Shown here: positions 37,804-50,513 of the stretch, one piece after another
How the letters are laid out: each line of letters opens with the position of its first letter
How positions within the stretch are numbered: position 1 is the stretch's first letter
Origin: Saccostrea echinata
Taxonomy: Eukaryota
Direction of reading: 5' to 3'
NCBI RefSeq assembly: GCF_033153115.1
Contig: NW_026889755.1
Coordinates: 3,224,001-3,288,000, forward strand
DNA: 64,000 nt
The notes under the pieces: model-generated
What the model was told of the DNA's origin: nothing
Databases searched by the model: none
Seen by the model: the letters and a program-made list of their open reading frames with translations, nothing else
Program-made: the position numbers and the translations under genes

Positions 37804-39124
37804 TTATCCCTTACCTGTTATTTGTATATGTACATGTACTTTTTGTACAACCCCTCTTGCCAATGACAGTTATATTTCTTGCAATCAAAAAGTGGCCGGT
37901 CTCAAGAGGGGAGATTACCTTTTGTTTCTTACGTTTCTTAAGTGGCCGATGGTCGTTTTTCAGGGGTGGCCGCTTTTAAGAGAATTTTATGTGTAAGGAA
38001 ATGTTAAAAATTCTTCCGGGACTTATAAATTCGGTTGATATTTAGGAAGAACCGGTTTTCAGGGGTTTGGGGGGTTGGAGAAGTTTCACTTTATCATCTA
38101 TCACAGTCAAAAATTAAGGGGTTCGCCCTGTTTGTATGAAAAGTATATCATTATTCCATAACAAAGAAATATACTATAGGATATCATAATTTATTATAGT
38201 TTACTATATTTTCAGAGTTTTACTGTAAATCAAAGTAGCTTTACTATAAATCTCAAATTGTTTTATTTCATTTCCTTCAAGAGTTATATGCACTTTTTTG
38301 ATATAAAAAGGGGAATATTACTTGTATTTATTACATACTTATTAAAAATACATAATTTTTTGCATATGAGATATGCCTCACATCACAATAGCCTTCACGG
38401 CTGATCATGATACGGCTCCTGCAGGGCTGAAATGGATTTGTAGGGCTGATATGAATATGCGAGGGATGATCAAAAAGTTGGCGAACTAATTGAATTACTT
38501 CCTTAAAAGAAATAAAAGGAGGTTTCAGTGTTCATTATTTTTTAAAGTAGTCCTCTCCGATTTTAATGCACATCTGCCATTGTTCTGCCTATACGCAAAT
38601 CACGTGATCCAGGCGGTCACGTGACATGCTCCCTAGGGGTCTGTTGAAAGAAGCTAAGGGATTTTTCCGAGTCTTTTATTTCTTAACATGCAAATTATTT
38701 TTTATGAGAAACATACAGCCGTTCGTTGCTCGGGTACGACTGAGTCAACCATTTTTTTTTGTCACAAGTCATCTACATGTTGACGTCATTTTCACATTGT
38801 GACGTCACAATGCAAATTTTACATTTAAAGCACATTTTACAACAATTCCTAAACTAACATAATTGCCCTAAGTGAAGAAATTTTAATATAGAAAGCACAA
38901 AGAAATCCTTATCCTAACAAAAGTGATTCCATTCTACTACCGTGTAGTGTAGGGCGGCGCCGCGAAAATTCCATCGGCATCAAAAGTAAGTTTTTAGACC
39001 TGCCTAGATGGCCGAGCGGTCTCGCGTGCTGTTCCTGTACTGCTAGGAGACAGATTCCGTAGATCGAGAAACCAACCATGGGCTGGGGCGGAAGTGGGTA
39101 TCCTTATAAAAGTGATTTTTTTGT

Positions 39125-39126
<2 letters not shown>

Positions 39127-39184
<58 letters not shown>

Positions 39185-39208
39185 ATTATATATATATATA
39201 TATATATA
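39127..39208. repeat. Compound microsatellite (CT)n(AT)n
   Basis: Direct reading. Other simple repeats: (AT)n 37769-37799, poly-A 25867-25899, (ATCT)n 55914-55976. Confidence 0.95.
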
Positions 39209-39343
39209 CAGAGTATAGATTTTACATTACGTTCTCTTTCATTCTACTTATTGCTCGATTGATAACCAACCAATATGAATATTGACATTAATTTGATATT
39301 CATAAATACTTTCGTCTAAAAAGTTCTTTATTCTGTTGAAAAG

Positions 39344-39481
39344 GTTGTGCTAAGAAGAGAGTTTATGGTCTTAACTGTGACCTACCCTGCTCTGTGAACT
39401 GTCAAGAACATAGCTGCAACATAGTTAATGGAACATGTCTGGGATGTAAGCCAGGGTGGACAGGCGACAAGTGTGATAAAT
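39344..39481 (+). CDS. Gene B exon: EGF-like repeat 1
   Basis: aaaag| ... |gtatgg, 138 nt, phase 1-1; CAKKRVYGLNCDLPCSVNCQEHSCNIVNGTCLGCKPGWTGDKCDK. Confidence 0.92.
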
Positions 39482-40047
39482 GTATGGCGTCAAAACATGA
39501 GTAATTATATGTCTCGAACTCTATATAATTTTATTAAAGTCTTTGTCAATTATGGACTCTTTTTATTGACATTTAACGGCACATTGGAAATATGGACATT
39601 TCTTATCATCATTATGTTTATTATCGTAATTATTATCATCAATATTATCCTTGGAAAAAAGTACAATGTAACTTTCCTTTTAACTTATTGAAAACTCTTC
39701 CGCAGAATGAGAAAATAAAAGAAAAATAGTACAGTAAGATATAAAAATTTTAAGGGCATACACAGTTATTCTTTGTTAAAATTCAAAAACATAACGTGAA
39801 GACAGACATTGCAATAAAATTGAAATATTCCTCAAGTTTTACACGATTATTAATAAATGCAACTGATACAGTCAAATTACGTATGATTTGTTTTCAATAT
39901 AGGATTTTTACGACACTACTCTCGAAATATAAATAAAATTTAAAGAAATTATCCATCCTTCTACAATAGTAGTTGGTCACATCTTTTTTTTCAATCGTAA
40001 TGGCATATCAGACAATTCTTAATTGCATGTTATAGTCTTTTAAACAG

Positions 40048-40188
40048 TGTGCCCTGTTGGATGGTATGGAGTTGGTTGTCAACACAGATGTGTTGGACAT
40101 TGCCAACACAACGCCTCCTGTCATCATGAGTCAGGCAGTTGTGTAGACGGTTGTGCTACGGGATGGATGGGGCCCTTATGTAACAAAG
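40048..40188 (+). CDS. Gene B exon: EGF-like repeat 2
   Basis: aacag| ... |gttaag, 141 nt; CPVGWYGVGCQHRCVGHCQHNASCHHESGSCVDGCATGWMGPLCNK. Confidence 0.93.
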
Positions 40189-41009
40189 GTTAAGCTATTC
40201 CCTTGTATTTCAAAACCATTTTCATTTCCATAGTTTTTTCTTTATAAAATCAATATATCTGGGGTATCTTTTTTTATAGTTGCCCAGTACCTTTCGCATT
40301 CAAAATCTCTAATCAGTGAACATTGTGCATGTATGAAACACTGCAAGAAGTCAACAAACATATTTCCATTCTTGTGTTTGATATTTTAATATTTTTTTTT
40401 TGTTGATGACACATCTGCTTCCCACCCTTTTAAAAGGATGGCTTAAACTAGATCACATGAGGAAGTATGAAAAAGATAAAGACAGTGTTAGTTTAAAGCT
40501 TAAAAAACACTGACTTAATATTTCAAAAAATTAAAAACAACTTTCTAAAATGAATAATAGTGATGATGTCACAACACTCGATATTGATTGGTTTTCCTAT
40601 ACAGATATTTCATTTCATATTATTTTGTATTCGTGATGTCATACTCGTAGCGAGTACAGTACCAACCAGATATAACCTAACTGAAAGCGGACTGAAGGCG
40701 AGGACAGACCGGGGTTCGCTTCCCGTGTTTGCTTGGGGTTTGCTCATGGTCTGCATGTCTGAATCTGTTATACACTTGATTATGTGATCTAGTCTGAGTC
40801 AATCAGATAGCTGTGAGCAATAGAGAAAATACGCGAGTAAATCAAGCAAAAATAAAGAGCTGATAACAAAAGCAATCCGATCGTAATAAAGGCTAAATGG
40901 AACAAAAACCATTCAATAAATAAATCACTAAATAGATAAATAACCGTTTTTTAAATCAAAATATTATGTATATTGTACAATGTACGTCTTTTATTTAATT
41001 CAACTACAG

Positions 41010-41150
41010 AGTGTGAATATGGAACCTATGGCCAAGGTTGTATTCATAAATGTAGTGGAAATTGCTTGAATAGTTCTCACTGCAACAAAACAACAGGCAA
41101 TTGTGACTTGGGTTGTAGTCCTGGGTATATAGGATCTTTCTGTAATAGGA
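41010..41150 (+). CDS. Gene B exon: EGF-like repeat 3
   Basis: tacag| ... |gtaggt, 141 nt; CEYGTYGQGCIHKCSGNCLNSSHCNKTTGNCDLGCSPGYIGSFCNR. Confidence 0.93.
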
Positions 41151-41274
41151 GTAGGTATTAGTAAGCATATTATGAATTTATCTGCAATTACTACATCGGA
41201 ATTAACCCAATATACATCAGATCTTCCTATTTCTCCATTTTTTTAATAAATAATTTTGAATATATTTTTGACAG

Positions 41275-41415
41275 TCTGTTCTATTGGAAAGTTTGGAATC
41301 CATTGCAAAGAGACATGTAGTGGTCACTGCTTAAATGACACAAATTGTGATCATGTAAATGGAAGTTGCAACAAGGGTTGTGACAATGGATATACTGGTG
41401 ATGGGTGCATCAAAT
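41275..41415 (+). CDS. Gene B exon: EGF-like repeat 4
   Basis: gacag| ... |gtaaga, 141 nt; CSIGKFGIHCKETCSGHCLNDTNCDHVNGSCNKGCDNGYTGDGCIK. Confidence 0.93.
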
Positions 41416-42308
41416 GTAAGAAATACACAGGAGTATACTTAATGTTTTTAACATTTTTGCTTAATTTCCACAAATTTAAATGAAAATATATATTTTAACA
41501 CATCATTATCTTTTTATCCATCATTTATATGTAGCTTGAAAAAAAGCCATACTTATTTGAAAAAAAAAAATCCAATATTCTGGATTTTAGTAATGAAAAA
41601 AAAATTGGTCACGTGGTACTGTGACATCATAAGTGTCATTCATAAAATAAACTGATCATAAGGATAAACAAATTAAATAGACTTGGTGTTTTAAACATTA
41701 TCTTCACAGGAAAATATAACAAGCATTTAAACTCTTCAGAAAATGAAATAGAATGAAACCAAGGAAAGTAATAAACGGATTTTGAGCAATAATCATTTTC
41801 AATATTCCAGTTCGAATATTTTCTTTCATAGTCTTACCCATTCTTAATTTAATACAATATCTATATTAATTTAAAGTTCTCAAGATTGCTAGAAAAATTC
41901 TTCCCTCTTTAAGGAATGTAAAGAAAAATCTTCTCACATTCCTTTATGTGAACCTTTCTGTGTTCAAACGCCGTACAAGACATGTTACTAACTGTCAAAA
42001 ATCTAATTATTCCCAATCTGTTTGTTAATGGGTACATTAGGTGCAATAATTGATTTCATTCAAAACAATTCTTTCGCTTGGCCAGATATGAAACATATGA
42101 CGTCAGAACACTGGTGCAAAAACATTTCATTTTACTATACATATTGTAATATTTAAAATTTTGAATCTCTGAAATTTTTTTTTACCTTATCGAAGAAATA
42201 TATACTGATTTAGATATCATGTAAATTTTCACATGTTCTATAAAGTAACTGAAATGAAATAAAAACCTTTATAGAATTTTTTTTTCTCTATTTTCTTATT
42301 TGATTTCT

Positions 42309-42549
42309 CCCTACGTCGCGGGTTCGAATCCCACTGTGGGACGTGGAGACCGGTCCTTCGGATGAGACCGTATAAACCGAGGTCCCGTGCCGCAGTAGAT
42401 GCTGGCACAAAAAAGATCCCTCACTGCTCAATGGCCGTAAGTGCCGAGTATAGGACAAAATTTGCAGTTCTCCACCGGCAAGTGGTGGCGTCTCCATATG
42501 AGTGAAAAATTCTCGAGAGGGACGTTAAACAACAAACAAACAAACAAAA
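42309..42549 (+). mobile_element. 5'-truncated SINE specific to paralogue B with a perfect 14-bp TSD
   Basis: Matches 3197-3425 closely and has an (AAAC)n tail; CTTATTTGATTTCT is at 42295-42308 and 42550-42563; absent from paralogue A. Confidence 0.93.
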
Positions 42550-42666
42550 CTTATTTGATTTCTTGATGTTACTGTTGATTATAAATTATGTGTATTATAT
42601 GGATTAAATAAACATGTATTGTATATTGATGTATATTTAGTAACTGAAATCTAAAATTTGTTTCAG

Positions 42667-42804
42667 CATGTGAGAGAGGCTTGTTTGGCCCTGATTGTTC
42701 ACAAAAATGCTCAATAAATTGTCACACTCCTAATGAGTGTACAATCACCGATGGGTCCTGTGTGTGTTCTCCTGGCTGGACAGGGTCACCACACTGCAAC
42801 AAAG
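42667..42804 (+). CDS. Gene B exon: EGF-like repeat 5
   Basis: ttcag| ... |gtaatt, 138 nt; CERGLFGPDCSQKCSINCHTPNECTITDGSCVCSPGWTGSPHCNK. Confidence 0.93.
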
Positions 42805-42937
42805 GTAATTTTGATTTTAAAAATGTAATTTACTGTCTCATTTTTTACAGTTGCCTGCAGGATGTATGGAGTAGTACCCTAAAGAATTGCAAGATTTCTC
42901 AAGTACATTTTTGCATTTTTCATTGCTTTGATACATT

Positions 42938-43970
42938 CGCAAATCTGTTAAGGCTGCATAAAGGGGGCGGGGCCTAAATTATAAGGGAAATGCTTACTGT
43001 GACATCACACATAAATAGTAATTCCTCACAATAACAGAAAATGAAATAATTTGCGATTTTAAACTGCATAAGAGTAATAAACTACATCAAAACTTACCAC
43101 TGCATTCATTTTTATCGCTAGTTAAATCCCACAAAGCAAGATATAAACAAGTCACTGATCGCAATGCACTTGTTGACATGTCGTCATCTTGGTAAAAATT
43201 GACGCATTTTATGTGCAGTGAGAGGCGGATCAAGTAATTTCTTCACAGTGAAAAATGCAAATTATTATTAAACAGAATATTATTTGCAAATGTTAGGTAG
43301 ACCATTAATACAAATCCGATACCTTTGTTTAGTGCCATTATTTAAAAACTATCGAGAGAATGTATTGAATTAATTCTACTGTGTTTTTTGTACAGGGTTT
43401 GCATGTTTCACGCCGCGTTGCTTCATTAAATCACCTTTTCACAAGGGCATACACTTTATAGATCTTGACCATTTTTTAAATATACATAATGGTTACATTT
43501 CTTAACTTGAAAAGTGCTGCTGCTTTCCTGAAATCGAGAGGATTACTTAATAAATACATAAAATACTATGTAAAGGTCACACATATTTCGACTAGAGCGA
43601 AATAACTTGAAATTAAACTAATAAGATGCGAATTCTATTTAAAGCAGCAGCACTTTCCATAAACTACAACTTATGTAGAAACAATTTATTACTTAAATTT
43701 TTAATTTTAACTAGGGTATGCCCTTGCGATGTTGAAATGTGTTCATGACCTACATACAGTACACATTACATACATTTATCACGTGACTGTCAAATAACGT
43801 GGCCAAACCAAATTCCATACAGAGCAGCGTATACAATGTTGTTTCAATTAATATTAAAGTCATGTGATAATATAGTAGCTTCTCAAAAATAAATTCAGTT
43901 TAAAAAGGTATGTATTTATGCACGTTCATATTCCATTGATTTCTTCGTAGTACGCCTTAACAGAGCTGCG
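42938..43970. mobile_element. MITE, CGCRGC-N3-GTTAAGG family, TT TSD, specific to paralogue B
   Basis: TT-CGCAAATCTGTTAAGG ... CCTTAACAGAGCTGCG-TT; internally homologous to 13819-14818; absent from paralogue A (~6020-6030). Confidence 0.85.
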
Positions 43971-44481
43971 TTTATTTTTTTACTGATCCTCAAAGATCGA
44001 TCTTAAGTAAAAAGAATAAAACATTGATTAAATAGAATGTTTTTCTCCAAAAAGGATTTTCTCAATAGCAAATCTAGCATTTAATTTTATGGAGATTAAA
44101 TCAAGTGTTATGTTTTGTACGAACGAAATTTAATTACAGTTATTCGTGTTATTTATATTAAGTATAATATAAAACATAACATATACTGCTCTATATCAGG
44201 ATATTTGATGTATATCTTGATAATAATACTAAGATATAAGACTGACTTGGATTTATTTATGTATTTGTCATCGTTTCTGATTTGGTGCGATGATTGTTCC
44301 CCCTTGAAAATCGCACAATGAATTACTATTTTGGTTGATGTTCTATAATATACATAATATAACTACTATATTTGTTGAGACCCTGACATAACCAATACTT
44401 TGATACTTTAGTTACACTGGATCATTGAAACATTGCCCTACTATAAAACTTTACTCTAAAACATTCCTGCATTAACTTCAG

Positions 44482-44610
44482 AATGTGATGAGGGATTTTA
44501 CGGAGAGAATTGTCACGCACACTGTAGAGATTACTGTATCAATGCTACGTGTAATAGAACTGATGGTAATTGTTTGGTTGGATTCATCAAAGGAAATACT
44601 TTTGAGAAAG
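44482..44610 (+). CDS. Gene B exon: membrane-proximal partial EGF repeat
   Basis: ttcag| ... |gtgagt, 129 nt; ECDEGFYGENCHAHCRDYCINATCNRTDGNCLVGFIKGNTFEK. Confidence 0.93.
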
Positions 44611-47078
44611 GTGAGTTGGTTTTAATGATTATTTGATAAACTTCATTTAATCCTAAAATTTTAAGTGGTTGAAACTTCTTCTCTAGAGACAAAATTTCTT
44701 TAAGGAATAAATGTTTTATCAATTGTTCAATACTGTTTACGTATTTCACTTGGCTGTGTATTCTTTTTAGCGCTTTTGGCGGAAAGTTGCTTGCAATTCA
44801 AACACAATGCTATATGTCTTGCACATATGAACATAAATAAGAACATTAAGAAATGCGCTAAATCAAACCTACACTAACTTGTTCGAAAATCAACTTCAGC
44901 CAATATCGTATACGCTAAATATAATACATTTACAGTATGTGTTTACCATCCGTCTCTATATTTATTCATCCAATCATGAAAAGAGAATTGATATGATATA
45001 AATATATAGGCAAAAGATTCTTGTTGCTTAATGTTTGTATGGGCCGATGTCAGGTATAAATGTATAGGAGTTCACTTCAGACTATAAAATGGTAAGAACT
45101 AAAGGCCTGGGATAGGTTTTAATCTTTACCAAAAATTATCCATTCCGCTCCGGTCGATGACTTTAGGCTATATCTATACACGTATGTAATAATAGTTTTC
45201 TCAAACATTGTTTTAGTCTTAGTCAACGCTCTTAGTAGGTAGAGATAGGAGGAACATTTGGAATGGTCAGCAGATGCAATTTGAGTTCATTACCTCCAAA
45301 TATCATTTGATAATTTTGTGTACTTTTCATTATAATGGTTATGGCAAGTTTAAACTGCCTACTCGATTTCTGGTTACTTAACAACAAACATTCTTGGAAA
45401 TAATAAAATTATCTAAAATTTACAATTTTAAGATGAGACATGAAGGAGTAGTAGCTGACGTCAATATTGAGTTAAACTGTATATACATTATATGACATGT
45501 AATTGTCAATATCTTGACCACAAATAATATATTCTAGCTCAATTATCCAGACAAGCGCTTGTAGGGCTGAAAGAATAAAAGCACAGACATTGTCTTCACA
45601 TTAAATTCTAAGGTAAAGGTATTTATATCCATTACAGCTCTTTATTGCAGGGAAAACCTGTTTCTAATAACAGAGATTGAATTATTCTAATTCAAGAACA
45701 AACCTTGCAATAAAGTTCCGATTGATTGCAGATTAATTAATTACACAAACTATACTATTTACATCCTCTTTATACACAAGCCTCTTCTTCAAAAAATAGA
45801 TTAGATATTTTCTTAATGGGAGAATTTCAAACAGTTAAACTGTGAGATCAATTGCCTTTAAGCAATTTCTTTTTCTTTTTTTTTTTTAGTTTTACTTGAG
45901 ACACATTTAATTTAATTTCTTTAATAAAATTTGTCAACTTTTATGAAGAAAGTAATCATTTTAATTCAAAACTTAATTTCAAAGTTTATGACATTTTAAC
46001 CCTGGGCCGTACGCACTATCTGAGACCTTAAAGGACCGTAATTTTTACAAAAAATTATTAAGTTAAAACAATTTAACCAAAACCAAATTAAAGTATTCTG
46101 ACTTGGATTTCCATAACAAATATTTTGGTATACAATACATATATAACGCCATTCAATTTGACAAAAACTTCATTGAGCACGATCTTTATGGACAAACCCT
46201 CGTATAGATATAAAATAAGATGTAATCAGATATGATGAATAAGGATTTGCTGTAAAATTATTCGACTCAGTGCATGCGTTATTTTTCAATAAGAACGCTT
46301 TGTCCATGGTTTTACTGGGCATCCCTAGTATATACATATATACTTTTAATGGTTATATCATTATTATCTCGTTAATTTTGAACCTTCTAGTGGCGTAAAT
46401 GCAAGTTCTGCGATATCACAAAGTCAATTAAAAATTTGGAACATATGATTTCAAGCAAAATACTGGTTTCAAAAACATGAAATTAATTTAAAATACAGTC
46501 GCTGCATTATGATTATCATGACGCTTTGGAACATACTGACCATCTAAGGAAAAATTCCCACCATCTCATATAAATTATCTAGATCGTAATATGAGTCCAC
46601 TTCACGTTCCAAGATCTGAAGTATTTGATCATTTCATCCAACCTTCATCACAAAAAACTCAAGACGGTGATGTTATCTATTCAGAACATGCTAAATACCT
46701 TAGTCTGAAGAATGTATGTTTTCTTTCTTCTTGTATTTTATAGCTGACGATTTTTATTAATTTTTAATTTCTTTTTATTGAATATTATCGTTGAGGTATC
46801 GCTAAGGATTGTCTATTAAAATAAAGTAGCTTATACATGTATGTATATTTTTACCATATTATTTTTATTCTATGCACTTTATGTTTAGACTTTTGCATTA
46901 GCGTGCTAGTTAGAGTATAAGCAATTTTAGTTGAGTTCTGACCTTCGTGAAACAAGAAAAATATTTCAGGAACTTAAATTATGTAACTCTTGACTTTTGC
47001 ATTGATGGAAACGTGTTTTGAGTGTTTCTTGCTCTATTTTACCAATCTCTGCATTAGTACCTTCTCTTTAAGTGATTA

Positions 47079-48995
47079 CAGTAAAACTCAGGTATAAAGA
47101 ACTCGCTAATAAAAAAAAAATAAACTTTTTTCGAATCCCTAGAAGACTTTTCAGTATGTTCCTTGTATGGATATAAGGAAACTCGGTTGTAAGGAAGCAA
47201 AAGAACTGCGAACGATAGTATTGTTCTCCCGCCTACCTCCAAGTCAATTTTCAAAAGTTAACACATTTGAATAATTTTTCATATTTATATAGGTATTTAT
47301 AATTTTTCATAAAACATTACCTATTTAGGAAAAGAAAGAAAAATTACTCTATAATTTTGGTAAAACTTGTGTTTTTCACTATAGAAATCAACAGAAAACA
47401 TTTTCAAAACATCCCCCCCCCCCAGTGAAACCAAAATTCCTTTTTAAAGGTAATATGGATTGTTGTTTCACAAATTCATACCAAAGGTTTTTGTGTTTCA
47501 CGGGGGGACGGGGGACATATATTCACAGACAAAGAGGGACACAAATGCTCATTTATTCACCAATTTCGAAGGGGTTTACAACTTAAACATTGTATTTTAT
47601 CAATTACATATGTTTAATTTTATAGGCGTAAAACATAAAAAAAGATTTAAGAAACATTTATTCATATCCAAGAATTTTTTAAAATGTGCTGATGCTTTCA
47701 AGTCCGATTCTAATGGAAAACATCGCCTACCCCCTTATTAAAGGAGCTGGAACTAGGAGTACGCAGCTAGGTTAAGGACTCCCATATACATGTCAGCCTG
47801 TGCAGAGGTTCGGGAAAGCTATTATGACGTCACGTTAAAACAATACAAATGAATCTCGATGAATTAATAATATATGTTCTTTTTAAAACACACTAAATAC
47901 TTTCGTTTCTCATAATTGAGATAAAGATAAATGGATGTGCAACTTATCTTGCCATAATAGCACTTAGCGTTTGCAGAATGAAAGCCAGCTTGATCTCGCT
48001 ATACTTACTGAGATGACGTCATTTCTCAGTTTGACACGCAGTTTCTCTGTACTTGAGGCGTGGATCAAGCTTTTATCGTAGCTTGTAAAAATAAAAATAA
48101 ATACGAAACATGCGTAGTCGGACAAAAAGAGAGACATATTCTGAAATATATTAATCCACATTTTATTGTCAAACTAAATTGATAATATGTAGACTTATAA
48201 TAAAGCCGTAGGGAGCACATTTGTACAGTAACGTGCTAGAATGACAGGTCCAGCCCCTCGAAAATATCAAAAGTTCAACGATATCCGCTTTACTATCAAT
48301 TCTGAATTTTTAAACACGTTTAGCTTTTATTCCTACTACTCTGAAAAGTGCTGGGAGCTGGTTGTGCATTGTTTATTTATTCCGTAATCTCATATTATTC
48401 CAGTGCGTATTACATTTTTGTCTGGAGTTTCTAGAAAGACAGCTAAATTTTTAACAATTCTCGAGCATGAGGAAGTTGCTCCCAGCACTTTTCGGGTTAA
48501 GGAACTTGTCTCAAAGAAAATAAAATAAATTTTATAGCGGAAAGATGCCCGTATATCGTTGAACTTTTACGATCTTTGTAGTTGTACATATATGGTCCAA
48601 TTTTAAACCTGTCACGTGACAAACAGCTGATGTAAGCGATGTCACTTTGGCCGAACTCAGCAGAGACCCGATATATACAAATGCAAAGACCAAAATTCAC
48701 ATTTATCGAAACCACTGCTGTTAAAAAAATATTAAAAATTGTATTCATTTCCCCTGAATATATAAAGGCGTATATTTCATGGGCGTCCTTAACCTAGCTG
48801 CGTAATTAACTATTTAACACTGGTATTAAAATTATTAATCAATTACCATACAACTCTTCTTTGCATTCAACAAAGATTTTATGGCTAAATTGCCATTAGT
48901 ATTGAATTAAATGGATGTAAAATGTAGGCTGGAATCGAGAGTTAGCGTGCGTAGTTCTTTGAGAATCCTGTGACTTTTTTGACTGAATTTTACTG
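47079..48995. mobile_element. Pogo/Tigger-like MITE split by nested insertions
   Basis: TA-CAGTAAAACTC... left end and ...GAATTTTACTG-TA right end; the right end is also present in paralogue A (~8780-8793). Confidence 0.45.
47762..48802. mobile_element. MITE, CGCRGC-N3-GTTAAGG family, TA TSD
   Basis: TA-CGCAGCTAGGTTAAGGACTCCCAT ... ATGGGCGTCCTTAACCTAGCTGCG-TA (24-bp TIR, 1 mismatch). Confidence 0.9.
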
Positions 48996-49728
48996 TAGAA
49001 GTTACAATGTATGGACGCCGTCTTTTCAGTGAGGAAAAAATTAAAAGAATAGGCGGCTGCTTCAGATACAAGTGACTGAGTTTATATTCTAAAAGTGTTG
49101 ACACTGTTCCAAAAAATGTCTCAAGTTTAGGAAGACTAATTTTCCGACAATGTTACCTTCGTAACATTTATGAAATTTCATCATCCATTTCAGCTTGGGA
49201 TTACTGTATCACTCTGAGACTATTTTCCGTTCTAAAGTTAGGATGTATCCCTAGAAGAAATAATCCAATCCATAAAACACTTTGGCTTTTTTTAATCTCT
49301 CTCACCCCCTGTACTTTTGTGCTAACATGGTTTTCCTTATTTTCATAGATCCTTACTATGAGAGTCTTTCTAAAGAGTCAGCAATTTTGTCCATTTTTTT
49401 ATGTTTACATCGTTCGCAAATGAAAATGACTCTCTACAAACTTGATTGATTACCATTGACGTAATGTTTTTGCCTTATAATTAACCTTTGTTTGTTGTTG
49501 TTGAAAGGAAATATCTGCACGTTTCGTAATCATGCCAGTACATGAAAAAGTCCTGTTCAGTATCAGTGCATAATAGTGTTATGAATGTTATTAATTGTAG
49601 GATATTACTCGACCGCGTTTTGTAGAAGTAAATATAACTGATTATTTCTTATTATGTTAAACTGAAAAATACCAGGACATGTGTAACAGTCATTGAAAAG
49701 AATATTTCAAAATATTTTCCATTTTAAG

Positions 49729-49840
49729 GGGAAGACAGAAAACCATTAGAATCATATAAGAAAGAATATTACACAGTGGGTGGCATTTTGGGAGCAATGG
49801 CAGTCGTTGCGATTGCGATAATTGCTGTATTATTTATACG
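49729..49840 (+). CDS. Gene B exon: transmembrane helix
   Basis: ttaag| ... |gtactt, 112 nt, phase 1-2; GEDRKPLESYKKEYYTVGGILGAMAVVAIAIIAVLFIR. Confidence 0.92.
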
Positions 49841-50238
49841 GTACTTATTTACACTTTTATTCTTACATTTAGCTTTTAATTTATTTAGTCAATTTAATTT
49901 AAAAGATGCTTACTGAAAAGTAAAATTATCCTACTCCATTAATAAGATTTCAAATTTACAATAAATTTTGACATTACAGCAAGACAAAATATCGATCAGC
50001 ATCAGTAATGAGTGAATATTTACAATAGGTAGCTTGCATTCTTGATTAAAAAAAAAGGGGGGGTGGAAAGATGTAAAATTCTCGAATTGGACGTAAACAA
50101 CATACAATCAGTCATAAATGAATATGTTAATAAAATAAAAAGAAACACATGTAATTATTTATAAACTGACGGCAATTGTGAAATTATGCAGGCAAAAGAA
50201 TTTCTTCTCATTACACTAGTAGTTACGCAATCATTTAT

Positions 50239-50293
<55 letters not shown>

Positions 50294-50296
50294 AAG

Positions 50297-50513
50297 TGGA
50301 AGGAAAACGTTCAGCATCTGCAGAATGCCAAAAGATCGGAATATTTCCACAGAAATCGATGGAGAAGAAGGAGGACATTCAGATGCAAATAAAATTGTAC
50401 AAAAAGACACAATCTTGTATCAGGAATTGCATGTGATTGAAAACGAGAGTGCATATCAGGAACTACATTATGAGAAAAACCCTTATGAGAATCTTGAATC
50501 AACTGTTAATTAA
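50297..50513 (+). CDS. Gene B terminal exon: cytoplasmic tail with three YxxL motifs
   Basis: T-tract-gaag| phase 2; GRKTFSICRMPKDRNISTEIDGEEGGHSDANKIVQKDTILYQELHVIENESAYQELHYEKNPYENLESTVN*. The ten exons total 1634 nt and stay in frame throughout. Confidence 0.92.

Noticed and set aside
27450-50513. Assigning the symbol MEGF10, SCARF1 or PTPR
   Set aside because: No EMI domain, far fewer EGF repeats and no phosphatase domain; similarity is limited to the EGF repeat type.
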